Part shown: positions 1 to 9,225 of the stretch, one piece after another | How positions within the stretch are numbered: the first letter of the stretch is position 1 | Layout: each line of letters opens with the position of its first letter | IMG/VR virus record: IMGVR_UViG_2663763270_000002 | Length of the DNA: 64,000 bases | Reading direction: 5' to 3' (one strand) | Source of the DNA: an uncultured virus (IMG/VR IMGVR_UViG_2663763270_000002) | Lineage: Duplodnaviria; Heunggongvirae; Uroviricota; Caudoviricetes | Translations under genes and position numbers: made by a program | The notes under the pieces: model-generated | Databases searched by the model: none | What the model saw: the letters and a program-made list of their open reading frames with translations, nothing else | What the model was told of the DNA's origin: nothing

Positions 1-504
1 TCATGTCACCCGGACGTACGAGTCCGCACCTCCGAGAAGACTAGCGCCGGCCGAACTGCTCGCTGCCGCCTGGAGCTTGATGATCGCGCCAGCAGTCACA
101 TCCTGTGTCACCTGGAGTGTGAAAGTCTGTGTCTTTCCTGCTGAGACAGACACCGATGCGTGCGTGGCGATGATCGCGCCGTTGTAGAGCAACTGGGTCC
201 GGTACGTCCTTGAGATAGCCGAGCCGTTCTGAATCCTCACGCTGCCCGTGATGGTCGCTCCGGTCTTGTTGCTGGCGACCACTAGGCCAGTCGTGCCGTC
301 CAACGTGGTCCCGGTGTAGGCCGGATCAGCAATCCAGTCCGGAACGTCCGTGAAGGTATTACCCGGGATGGCGTGATTCCCGTCCTTGTACATCGACACC
401 GGCAGGAATGACGCGAAAACCATTGTGTCCCCGGCATATATTCGAGACACGCTCGAATCACCCACCCGGAACGTAGGGGTGGCGTCGCCTAGTCGAGTCG
501 GCAT
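1..504 (-). CDS. Minor tail/fibre-associated protein
   Basis: Last gene of structural operon, beta-rich; followed by terminator at 59455-59485 in the circular sense. Confidence 0.6.
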   Translation of the reverse strand: MPTRLGDATPTFRVGDSSVSRIYAGDTMVFASFLPVSMYKDGNHAIPGNTFTDVPDWIADPAYTGTTLDGTTGLVVASNKTGATITGSVRIQNGSAISRTYRTQLLYNGAIIATHASVSVSAGKTQTFTLQVTQDVTAGAIIKLQAAASSSAGASLLGGADSYVRVT

Positions 505-508
505 CCGA

Positions 509-1537
509 TCACCCCACGATCACGTAGAGCGTGGTGGACGGACGGCCAGCGCCTAAAGCGTCGTATGCGGCCTGAGTCAGCCGAACGACGTTGAGCACGG
601 TCCCGTCAGTGCCCACCTTCCCGGCAAGCGCTGTGGTGAGCCCGGTGACCTCCGATTGAGGGTGCGTGTGCGCAGTCGGCGGACGCGAGTCCGATAGCCG
701 GGCATCGTTGCCTTGGCAGACGGTTCCGGCCGAGGTGCCGAACATGCTTTGAACGCGCGTGGTCACGCGAGCATCGGTGTAGTACCTGTTCGCGCTGCCT
801 TCCGGGACAGCATCTGTTGACCCTGGGGAAGGTGAGATTTCGACGTAGCCGGACCCGCTCCAGCGGTAAATCTTGCCGGTGTCCACGGCCACATAGATTT
901 TCCCGCCTTCCCCGGTCGTCGGAAAGGTCTCCAGTGCTGAGCCTTCGACCACATCGTCCACGTAGGACGGGAGATAGGTCGATGGGATCAGCGCCGACGA
1001 GTCCAGCGGTGCGTACCCACCGGGCACGCCACGGTTAGCCATGGATTCCTTGCCATCTAGGGCCGACTGGAGGCCGGAGACTTCCCCGATTGAATGCGTG
1101 TGTGCGGTTGGTGGGAACGTGCTCGGTTTGTTGGTCAGAAGCTCGAAATCTGTCGGTCCGGGTGGACCGGGATCACCTTGGGGTCCCGGATCACCTTGTG
1201 GGCCGGGAACACCCTGGGGACCTTGAGGTCCCGGGTATGTCCCTTCGGACTCGGTAGGCCATGCACCACCGGTGCGGCGGTACAACTTCCCGCCTGCCAA
1301 CCACACCGACCCATCGGGGGCGGAAGCCGGTAGGTCTGCGTAGGTAGGGACCTGTCCGGCCAGCGCAAGGCCGTCACCCGGAGGGCCTTGCTCGCCGGGC
1401 ACTCCTGGATCACCCTTCGGCCCGGGTGGGCCGGGCATGGGCACTAGGACGCCTTCGGCTGGAGCAACGGATTCAGGTCCGATGGACGGCGGGGCGGTCC
1501 CGGACTCTTCGATGATGATCACTACGGCACCACCCAT
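509..1537 (-). CDS. Collagen-like tail fibre protein
   Basis: G-X-Y repeats (GPQGPQGVPGPQGDPGP) and HTH-x-I/Q-x-x-V-x-GL fibre repeats. Confidence 0.8.
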   Translation of the reverse strand: MGGAVVIIIEESGTAPPSIGPESVAPAEGVLVPMPGPPGPKGDPGVPGEQGPPGDGLALAGQVPTYADLPASAPDGSVWLAGGKLYRRTGGAWPTESEGTYPGPQGPQGVPGPQGDPGPQGDPGPPGPTDFELLTNKPSTFPPTAHTHSIGEVSGLQSALDGKESMANRGVPGGYAPLDSSALIPSTYLPSYVDDVVEGSALETFPTTGEGGKIYVAVDTGKIYRWSGSGYVEISPSPGSTDAVPEGSANRYYTDARVTTRVQSMFGTSAGTVCQGNDARLSDSRPPTAHTHPQSEVTGLTTALAGKVGTDGTVLNVVRLTQAAYDALGAGRPSTTLYVIVG

Positions 1538-1863
1538 TCGACTTTTCCTTGTAGCAGCACCCGGTCGAGGGACGGGGTTTCATCCGTGTGCTTGAATATC
1601 AGTTGATACGGCGTCCGGTCCTCGATGGCGGCTCGCGCCGCTTCGGACTCGACACGGCAATACGCCGTGCTCCCGGTGATGGTGAACGGCCACTTGGTCC
1701 CCCCGGACCAATCGCCATCCGTGCCGTTCTGGAACTGGTAATACAGTTCGTGGCCGGTAGGATACGGCGCGGGAACGCCGTTCACCTTCCACGTATAGAC
1801 GATCTCGAAATCGTCATTGACGATCAGATACAGTTTTTCGGCTTTGATCTTACGTCCAGCCAT
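1522..1863 (-). CDS. Minor tail protein (fibre-associated)
   Basis: RBS AAGGAAGG before ATG 1863; position among tail genes. Confidence 0.6.
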   Translation of the reverse strand: MAGRKIKAEKLYLIVNDDFEIVYTWKVNGVPAPYPTGHELYYQFQNGTDGDWSGGTKWPFTITGSTAYCRVESEAARAAIEDRTPYQLIFKHTDETPSLDRVLLQGKVEWVVP

Positions 1864-1876
1864 TGAAGCCCCTTCC

Positions 1877-3109
1877 TTATCCGATACCCGAGAAAATTCG
1901 GACATCGTTCCAAGAATTCGAGTCCGCGAATGACGCTCGGCTGACGCGCAGACCCGCGAACGTATTGGTCGGGGGTATTACTCGATGGGCGTTGCCTGTG
2001 TACAAACGTGGAGTGCCGTTAATTTCGATCCATGCAATACCCTGATAGACACAGAACGCCACCTTGTCCCCTGGGCTGACCGATACTCCGCTGGTGAGCT
2101 GATCAAAGTCGATCATGGACGGGTTGGTGAGCGATCCGGAGTAGCGAGCAATGTAGAGGGAACCGGCGAAGATGTTCGCGGATAGACCTTCCGTGCCAGC
2201 CGCGTTAGAGCACAGGATGAGAGACGAATCCGCACCGGTCTTCGGGGCGCTGAAGGTTCCCGCTGTGGCTTCCACACGGACCATTCCCGACGTGATCCCG
2301 GTATCGCGGATGAGTCCTCGGGAACCGTCTGTAGTTCCGATGGTCGACCACTCTCCGCTTCGGAGCGCCGCATTCTGGCCTATCTGAGTCCAGCCGTTCC
2401 CGGCCTCACCATCGGGCCGGTTGAAGTCGTCGTAGAAGACTTCCGACCACACCTGTTTCGGCGGGATCGAAGACGGCCGGTCGTAGTGGTCCAACCAGAG
2501 CATCTGTGCGTTTGCCAGCGCGGTATTCAGGAATCGGACACAGCGACGATCAGGCCCTAGTTTGAACGATGGCTTGATCATGCAGGACCCGACATAGGTC
2601 CCGTTTACCCAAATCCGAACCCACTCGTCCCGCTCGCACCACACCCGCAGCCAGACGTTCCCACTGCCACCGAACGGCACCGGGGACGCCCATGTCGCGG
2701 CGTCACCATCCCAGGACATGACGTTTTGGAAGTGGCTGACCATCACTTGATTACCGCCAGCGGCAGGCGCGTACATCAACCGAACGCCGACCACGTTCTG
2801 AAAGGACGCGCCGATCCGCGACCATGAATCGGTGAAGTACGTTGAGAAGCCCTGAGAGGCCAGCCCCTCTACGGGCCAATAGATTTCAAAGTCCAGGCCC
2901 CAATTCGGGGTGAAGGGCTGCCACTGGTACGACGGGCCTCCGCCGTTGACGGTGAGAAAGTTGCCGTTGACGAGTAGAGAGCTACCGGTGAAAGCGCTTG
3001 CTCCATCGCCCAGGTGGACCCAGGGCCGCTGCAACGGCCCTGGTAGATAGTCGAACTCGTCCCGCCAACCTGCCCACGCTAGGGGCAGGTTGCGCCTTAG
3101 AAGAAACAC
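1877..3109 (-). CDS. Minor tail protein with tandem beta-sandwich (lectin-like) domains
   Basis: Two repeats beginning W/F-x-D-x-F (WRDEFD, FYDDFNR); Trp/Gly-rich. Confidence 0.7.
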   Translation of the reverse strand: MFLLRRNLPLAWAGWRDEFDYLPGPLQRPWVHLGDGASAFTGSSLLVNGNFLTVNGGGPSYQWQPFTPNWGLDFEIYWPVEGLASQGFSTYFTDSWSRIGASFQNVVGVRLMYAPAAGGNQVMVSHFQNVMSWDGDAATWASPVPFGGSGNVWLRVWCERDEWVRIWVNGTYVGSCMIKPSFKLGPDRRCVRFLNTALANAQMLWLDHYDRPSSIPPKQVWSEVFYDDFNRPDGEAGNGWTQIGQNAALRSGEWSTIGTTDGSRGLIRDTGITSGMVRVEATAGTFSAPKTGADSSLILCSNAAGTEGLSANIFAGSLYIARYSGSLTNPSMIDFDQLTSGVSVSPGDKVAFCVYQGIAWIEINGTPRLYTGNAHRVIPPTNTFAGLRVSRASFADSNSWNDVRIFSGIG

Positions 3110-3110
3110 G

Positions 3111-3410
3111 TCACGGCTCCACTAGTCCGCTGACCGTGGCATCCGGGAACGTCACGAGGATGTCCCTCATGCTGTCGAGCATCTGACGCACCTGCCGGAG
3201 CCCTAGGCCCTCTAGGTGCTGCCGGTAGCGGTCCGGGTCGGCTTGTAGTTTCGCCTTTGCGTCATCAATGCACGGGATGACGACGGCGGCAGTGTCCATG
3301 TCGAACACTCGCCCATCGAAAAGATCATTGATGATCGGCTCGAACTGGGGAGGGATGCGGATATGGTCCGCCATCACTCCGCCGTTGGAGATGATTTCAA
3401 ACTCTTTCAT
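3111..3410 (-). CDS. Hypothetical protein
   Basis: Fills the gap with an ATGA overlap to the upstream gene. Confidence 0.55.
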   Translation of the reverse strand: MKEFEIISNGGVMADHIRIPPQFEPIINDLFDGRVFDMDTAAVVIPCIDDAKAKLQADPDRYRQHLEGLGLRQVRQMLDSMRDILVTFPDATVSGLVEP

Positions 3411-4102
3411 GCCACCTCTGAAGGCTCTTGGATATTCGGGTCGTACAGGACGCCGAAGACCAGAATTTGCAGGACTACCGGAGCGACAGAACCGGTAACC
3501 GAAGTGACGTTTACGTATAGTCGCTCGCGGTTGGACACTTCGTGTCCACCGAGAATCTGCCAGTTCGCGCGGGTTTGATTCGCAGTCAGCGTGTACGTCT
3601 CGACCACGGAATTAACGGTTCCGGCAGCATTCCACTTCTTCAGCTCGAACGTCATACCGTTCGGCTGCGACAGCAAGGCGACGTGAATATCTGTCACTTT
3701 CCGCTTCAGTCCAGCGGGTACGTTCTGACAGAGGCCGATCAGTAGCTCATTCTCGCCCAGCACTACGGCGGCAGATGCCGCAACGAATTCAGCTTCCCAG
3801 TATGAGGCTGCGTTGTAGGCGGTGGCGGCGGTAGCTTCAGCCGCAGCGGCAGCGTTGACCGCTGCCTGAGCTTCGGTAACGGCCTGTCCGGCGGCCCCGG
3901 AAGCCGCCTGTGCGATGGAATACGTATTGTCAATACGTTCCCGGACATTGGTCCGGTGCTCGTCTTGGGCCTTGATCGCCTTTGTCTTGGCACCGTTGGT
4001 GACGATGCCCAGTACGGCATCCTCTTCGATCCCTTGGCCGTACCGGCCACTGTCCCCCAATTGCCACGCGCCATCGGGCTTAGGGCCTACGGGGTAACTC
4101 AC
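3407..4102 (-). CDS. Minor tail protein
   Basis: N-terminal PxGxxPDGAW motif of actinophage minor tail proteins; Ala-rich coiled coil. Confidence 0.65.
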   Translation of the reverse strand: MSYPVGPKPDGAWQLGDSGRYGQGIEEDAVLGIVTNGAKTKAIKAQDEHRTNVRERIDNTYSIAQAASGAAGQAVTEAQAAVNAAAAAEATAATAYNAASYWEAEFVAASAAVVLGENELLIGLCQNVPAGLKRKVTDIHVALLSQPNGMTFELKKWNAAGTVNSVVETYTLTANQTRANWQILGGHEVSNRERLYVNVTSVTGSVAPVVLQILVFGVLYDPNIQEPSEVA

Positions 4103-4432
4103 CTAGATCCCCTTCGGTCGTTCCAACTCTCGTAGACGACCGTGCGTGTCTCGAAGGTGCTCGCGAATACTCGCCATGTCCTTGCGGTACTCGTCTCGGA
4201 AGTCTCGATGCTCATCCCGGAAATCCCGGAACTCATCTCGAATCGCGTCCAGGTCGTCCCGAAGATTTGTGTCGTGCGTATTCGCTACCTGCTCGTGAAC
4301 TTCGGTGATTGTCTGCTTCTGCTCTTCCTGGGAGGCCCGGAGGCCGCGCGTCTGAAGCCATTGCGATACGACGTAGGCAACGATCATCAGCGCGGCCAGC
4401 CAGCCAGGAGCGCCAGCGGGAATGTCGATCAA
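4103..4432 (-). CDS. Lysis-cassette membrane protein (DUF2746-like)
   Basis: N-terminal TM helix, EQVANTHDTNLRDDLD motif, follows holin. Confidence 0.8.
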   Translation of the reverse strand: MIDIPAGAPGWLAALMIVAYVVSQWLQTRGLRASQEEQKQTITEVHEQVANTHDTNLRDDLDAIRDEFRDFRDEHRDFRDEYRKDMASIREHLRDTHGRLRELERPKGI

Positions 4433-4435
4433 ACG

Positions 4436-4702
4436 TCACTCCCGAATTTGGAAAGCGCCGACCGTAGCGCCCGGACCATCCTCCGCCGGGGAGGCGGCAG
4501 GGGCGTTGTCGGCACTATCCGACCGGTTCACGTTGAAAGCGGCCAGCATGGCAATCAGAGTGCCGATAGCAGGTCCGACCGCGTTCATGATGGTGTCGGA
4601 CTGGTCGGCGGTAATGACGCCCAGGAGCATAAGCACACCACACGCAACACCAGCGACGCTGTAGATCACCAGGCGGATAGCCGAATTCTTCTCGTACATC
4701 AC
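4436..4702 (-). CDS. Holin
   Basis: Two TM segments directly downstream of endolysin. Confidence 0.8.
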   Translation of the reverse strand: MMYEKNSAIRLVIYSVAGVACGVLMLLGVITADQSDTIMNAVGPAIGTLIAMLAAFNVNRSDSADNAPAASPAEDGPGATVGAFQIRE

Positions 4703-5982
4703 TAGGCCGCCTTCATATCCTTGGTTCCGGGAACTTCGAGCTTCGCGGCAATGGCCGCTTGGAGGTCGTAGGCAGACCGATTTCCGCCTTGTGCGAATCC
4801 GTCGAACTTCGCAGCCTTACCGTCTCGAATGGCCTCTGCGACGCCAGCACCGCTGAGTTGATCCAGGGCAGCCATAAGCATTCGTTCCATACGAACCAAG
4901 CGGAAGTCAATCCACTTAATCATGTCCTCACGGCTGACCTTCTGGCCCTCCTTGTTTTCGATAATTTCGCCCCAGCTCAATTCATCCTCACTTTCGCCAG
5001 TACCGGCGTACTTGTTCACGTAGGTGGTGAAAACGTCCCAGGGGAATCCGTCGCCTACGTCTGTATGGGTCCCGATACCTAGAACCCGGGTCACGTATCG
5101 GTGATCGGAAATGCCCGGCGCTCGCCTATAGGGCGGCGCGATAACGTCTGTTGGGATGCCGTATTTCCGGCAATCTTGGACGGCTAGGTACGCGGCAATC
5201 TCGATATCGCGTTCCCGCATGAGCCATTCAGCACGCGACCAGCTTGCACGCGACCCGGCAAAACACAGATTGATGGTGTACGCGTTCGCATCCAAGACGG
5301 ACCACGACGCGTAGTCGGTATCCACTACGTCACACACAATGCCGTCGCGGACCGTGTAGTGGTATGAGACTCCGTTGCTTCCATCACAGTATCGGGCGAG
5401 CGCTTCAGCACTCGAGTTTCCTTCCTCGGTGTGAAGAAGGAAGTTGACCGGTGGGCGGGTGCGATTACTCCGCCCTCCGCCCGTCATTCGGTCGATTTCG
5501 GTAAATGCAGGCTTGGACATAGGCAACCTTTTTTCGGCGGGCACAAAGCCCGCTAGGCGGTCGTAAAGGGCTTGCGCGTCTTTCATCCGCTCGTCGTAGC
5601 GGTGTGGGTATGCGGACCGCTGGACTGCCTGGGCGTACCAGCCCGGGGAATGCTCGTTGGAGTTGTAATCAAGACGGGCCAGCCGCTCGAAGAACAAACC
5701 CGCGCTGAGCGTCGGGTCCATGCATGTTGCGCAGTCGGCCCACCAATAAGCCCCGCCCGCGCCGCGAACGATCTGCTGTTGGAACAGGCCCACCGAGAAG
5801 CCATCTCGTCCCACACGTTCGTGTGGTAGGCGTAGGGACTCAGGGACCTTCTCGTTGGCGTACATGATGAAATCGCACTCCACGTACACCGTCGCGAACG
5901 CGATCACGATTCCTCGGGGCGTGATGCCCCGCCGACGCCCTTCGGCCAGGATGGCTAGGGCGTACTCATCTTTCTTGCTCAT
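4702..5982 (-). CDS. lysA: Endolysin (lysin A) with N-acetylmuramoyl-L-alanine amidase domain
   Basis: LLHTEEG, SYHY and HTDVG amidase motifs; N-terminal SVGLFQQ domain. Confidence 0.9.
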   Translation of the reverse strand: MSKKDEYALAILAEGRRRGITPRGIVIAFATVYVECDFIMYANEKVPESLRLPHERVGRDGFSVGLFQQQIVRGAGGAYWWADCATCMDPTLSAGLFFERLARLDYNSNEHSPGWYAQAVQRSAYPHRYDERMKDAQALYDRLAGFVPAEKRLPMSKPAFTEIDRMTGGGRSNRTRPPVNFLLHTEEGNSSAEALARYCDGSNGVSYHYTVRDGIVCDVVDTDYASWSVLDANAYTINLCFAGSRASWSRAEWLMRERDIEIAAYLAVQDCRKYGIPTDVIAPPYRRAPGISDHRYVTRVLGIGTHTDVGDGFPWDVFTTYVNKYAGTGESEDELSWGEIIENKEGQKVSREDMIKWIDFRLVRMERMLMAALDQLSGAGVAEAIRDGKAAKFDGFAQGGNRSAYDLQAAIAAKLEVPGTKDMKAA

Positions 5983-6012
5983 CTGTCCTCGATCTTTTGA
6001 GAAATATCGAGG

Positions 6013-6042
6013 AATCCCCCGGACTTCGGTCCGGGGTTTTTC
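6013..6042. terminator. Intrinsic terminator-like hairpin
   Basis: CCCCGGAC-TTCG-GTCCGGGG-TTTTT; near-identical hairpin at 29568-29597. Confidence 0.7.
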
Positions 6043-6046
6043 GTTT

Positions 6047-6613
6047 CTAGATTCCTCGGTTCTTCCGAAGGATTCCGTCGCGCTTCTTGCCGACCATTTC
6101 CGCCGCGATCACGCGGCGGGCTTCAGCAGGGCTACAGGCCATTAGATATCCGTTGACCGTACTGACACTATGGTCGGACGGATTGAACGGCTCTCCGTTC
6201 GATTCAGAGGCCGTAGCGTCCGGGTCCCACTTCGGTACCCGGTCACCGAGCATTCCCGCGTGATACAGCCTTTCGGCCATTACGGCCTGCTCATGCGGCG
6301 TGTACGCCAGCGGGTCCGGGATCGTCATAGGGTCCGGTTCCTCGGCGTCGACATCCACGATCTCTGCCGCACCGTTCAGGTACGTTTGTTGGCCGCGCCA
6401 CGGAGTTCGAACCTTCTTGGTCTGCAACTCCGGGTGGTGCCGGAAACCCAGGTCCCAGAGAAGCTGCGACCATTGTTCCTGTGCCTCGTCCTGGACGAGT
6501 AGCGGAGTGGAGCCGACGAACGGCAGTACAGCGAGAGCCCACCGGAAAATACGTCGGGGATTCGGCTCTTCGCCTTCGGCCGGTTGGCAATTCTCGTACG
6601 TAGGTCTTGCCAC
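6047..6613 (-). CDS. Minor tail protein (DUF2744/gp29-like)
   Basis: WSQLLWDLGFRHHPELQ motif; FNPSDHSVxTVNGYL C-terminal domain. Confidence 0.8.
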   Translation of the reverse strand: MARPTYENCQPAEGEEPNPRRIFRWALAVLPFVGSTPLLVQDEAQEQWSQLLWDLGFRHHPELQTKKVRTPWRGQQTYLNGAAEIVDVDAEEPDPMTIPDPLAYTPHEQAVMAERLYHAGMLGDRVPKWDPDATASESNGEPFNPSDHSVSTVNGYLMACSPAEARRVIAAEMVGKKRDGILRKNRGI

Positions 6614-8281
6614 TTAGATGACTCCCAAATCGTGAAGAATGCTTAGAATTTCCTCGAACTTCTCCCACGCCTTGACCACCGGGTCCTCGGGCTCGCGAGC
6701 GCCGACGATGATGTCCCAGTGAGGGGACTCGGTACGAGACCAGGAAAGCGTCAGCTCGGATACGCGATCCACGAAGATTCGGCCCGGTGCCATTCCCTGT
6801 ACGGTGGAGCCGATACGGTCACCGATGAAGAAATGGCCGTAGCCCTTCTGGCCGACGAAGTAGCCACTGGCACCGTCTTGTACGGTGATCTTGTGGGATG
6901 TCGTTTCCCGGGTTTCCCAGAGGCCCGCTCGCATGGCGAGAAGCCACGCGATTGTGTACGCCCTGTCCCCACCATCCGCGAATTTCTCGAAGTAGTGGAA
7001 TCCCTGGGTAGAGAGCCGTTGTGCCCGTGCTGGGTCTTTCCACTTGCCGAAGGCCAGAAAAACGTCACTATAGATAGGCTTCAGTGCCGTGTCAGCGATT
7101 CCGCCAAGGGGCGGAACTCCTGGTATCGCGGCCGTCAGATCAAATACAGCCTGCACGGCTATACTGATCATTTCATTCACGCCGGGCATGGATTTACCAC
7201 CGGAGACGACCCCGACATCCGTCGCGGGCCTCCAGCTGAATTCGGAGGTTTCTACCCCTCCACCCTTGGTGGACTCGTAGAAGATGACGCCAGGGACTTC
7301 CGGCAGCGTGCCCTTGTAGCCCGGCTGGAAGTACTCCGGCGGCATATTCGGGTCTGGAAGCGTCCTACGCACGTCGGACAAGTAGTTGTCCCCAGACGAG
7401 ACGAAAAAGTCCGTTACGGCGTGCGTGAGGCCGCCGAAAATGTCACCGCCGAAGCTCGTCCCCGTGGCGAACCCGGAATTGTCGATGAGGTCCCACACGA
7501 GGCAGCCGTGACGCACGTTCGCGCCCGGCCAAGGCGGCTCATCACCTTCCAACCACCTACGGCATTCCCAGGTGAGCTGAGCATCCTCGGCCACTTTCTT
7601 CGACACGTCGTGCATGTACTTGAATCGGCCGTGAACCAAGGCACCGATTGTGTTATCCGGCGTCAGGTCCGGTTTGACAACCTGGGTCCATGTGGTCTGA
7701 TCCAAATTGAACCACTTCGACGGGTCCATTGGATTGTCCGGTAGCGTCCAGAGGGAAGACTCTAGGCGTAGTAGATTTACAAATAGGGTGGTCTTTAGCG
7801 CCCACCGAGCTTTTCCGAACAGAATCCAAAGCTTTGGAAACTGCACCTCGGGGGGTAGGAACGGATTCGAATAGACGAGGATGTGCTTCAGGTGCTCGTA
7901 ATCGTGTTTGAAGGTGGCGCGGACATACCGCTTACCTTCCGAGTCCTTGATAATCTTCAGCTCGTCAATGCTGCCGGACCAACGAGCGCCTTCCTTGTCA
8001 CACGTAATGTGGACGTTCGTGGTCTGCCGCTCGTCAATGTCGACCAGCCAGCGGGACAGGTAGTAATCCAGCGGCATCTCGATAACCGCAGTACCGGTTT
8101 CATTGAGTAGCCACTGAAAACTAGCCTCGTATTCTTGCTTGACGTATCCGCGAAGATTCCAATCACCATCCCAGAGACGCACCAGGGGCGGCCGTAGCCG
8201 CCTCTCGGCGTCCCTCTTGAGACGTTCGGTAATCTCTTCGAATACGGCGTCAAAGTCGATTGTCTCGACTGGAGCCGTCAT
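6614..8281 (-). CDS. Minor tail protein (baseplate hub)
   Basis: PLVRLWDGDW start, GHFFIGDRIG motif; follows Dit. Confidence 0.85.
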   Translation of the reverse strand: MTAPVETIDFDAVFEEITERLKRDAERRLRPPLVRLWDGDWNLRGYVKQEYEASFQWLLNETGTAVIEMPLDYYLSRWLVDIDERQTTNVHITCDKEGARWSGSIDELKIIKDSEGKRYVRATFKHDYEHLKHILVYSNPFLPPEVQFPKLWILFGKARWALKTTLFVNLLRLESSLWTLPDNPMDPSKWFNLDQTTWTQVVKPDLTPDNTIGALVHGRFKYMHDVSKKVAEDAQLTWECRRWLEGDEPPWPGANVRHGCLVWDLIDNSGFATGTSFGGDIFGGLTHAVTDFFVSSGDNYLSDVRRTLPDPNMPPEYFQPGYKGTLPEVPGVIFYESTKGGGVETSEFSWRPATDVGVVSGGKSMPGVNEMISIAVQAVFDLTAAIPGVPPLGGIADTALKPIYSDVFLAFGKWKDPARAQRLSTQGFHYFEKFADGGDRAYTIAWLLAMRAGLWETRETTSHKITVQDGASGYFVGQKGYGHFFIGDRIGSTVQGMAPGRIFVDRVSELTLSWSRTESPHWDIIVGAREPEDPVVKAWEKFEEILSILHDLGVI

Positions 8282-8289
8282 AGAAACCT

Positions 8290-9222
8290 CTAATCAAGGC
8301 CCCACGGGCGGGACCAATTCAACGGACAACGGACTTGCACACCCACGCCAGCGGGCGCACCCTTGACCCCGACCGGCAGCACGACCGGCTTTTTCACGGT
8401 CGGGTGATTCCGAGTCCCCAGATAGGGAGGAATCGGGTATAGGAATCGCACGCCCTTCATGCGCTGGTAGACCTGGGTGTCGATATTCGAGACCACTTGG
8501 TCTTGTTGCTCATCGGTGTTGACCCGCAGGTGCTCGCCCGCGATGAGTGCGGGAAGCTTGATCTTGCGCTGAGCGTCCGCGTCGGGACGCTCGTACCTGT
8601 CGTCTCCGAAAGAGAAGTCCGGTAGCTCGTAGACCGCACCCGGGTACGCCTGTACAACCCACACCAACCACATTTCTGTGTCGGTGGGATTCGACACCGT
8701 GACCGTGCCATACGACCATGTGCCGTTAGTGGTATCGGTCGGGTTGATCCACTTTGCGGTGACGTCTGGTTGTCGCCAGCGGGGGAATCCCGCTGTCAGG
8801 AAATAATCCGCGTGAACGTACTGCCGCTTGAAAGGGTCAAGGTCTAGGACATATTCGGGCTCGCTGGTGAGCCGTAGATCAAGCCATCGGCTACCCCACT
8901 CGTCGGTGCGGCACCAGAGCTTGGAGTCCTTGTCTGGCCGGAAAGCCTTGCGAAATTCTGAGTCGTTGCGCTGAAACGTCTCGTCGTCGGTTCGGACGAA
9001 TTCCAGGGGCAGGGTGATGTCGCGCTTTTCGACACGGTAGCCACCGGGAGTAGAGCCGATCTGATACGCGGTAGCGTTCCAAATCGTCTCGACGGGCTCG
9101 TCCATCAGACCTTGCGGGCCGGGTCCCAGGATCACGCCCCGGGACCCGGCGTTCTCCCCGTAGATCGGGAAGAAGTCGTTTCCGCGCCAAGACTCAATTT
9201 CGAAATTGAGTCCTGTATCCAA
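8290..9222 (-). CDS. Distal tail protein (Dit-like minor tail)
   Basis: Follows tape measure; VSNPTD and WSRPWGL motifs. Confidence 0.85.
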   Translation of the reverse strand: MDTGLNFEIESWRGNDFFPIYGENAGSRGVILGPGPQGLMDEPVETIWNATAYQIGSTPGGYRVEKRDITLPLEFVRTDDETFQRNDSEFRKAFRPDKDSKLWCRTDEWGSRWLDLRLTSEPEYVLDLDPFKRQYVHADYFLTAGFPRWRQPDVTAKWINPTDTTNGTWSYGTVTVSNPTDTEMWLVWVVQAYPGAVYELPDFSFGDDRYERPDADAQRKIKLPALIAGEHLRVNTDEQQDQVVSNIDTQVYQRMKGVRFLYPIPPYLGTRNHPTVKKPVVLPVGVKGAPAGVGVQVRCPLNWSRPWGLD

Positions 9223-9225
9223 AAA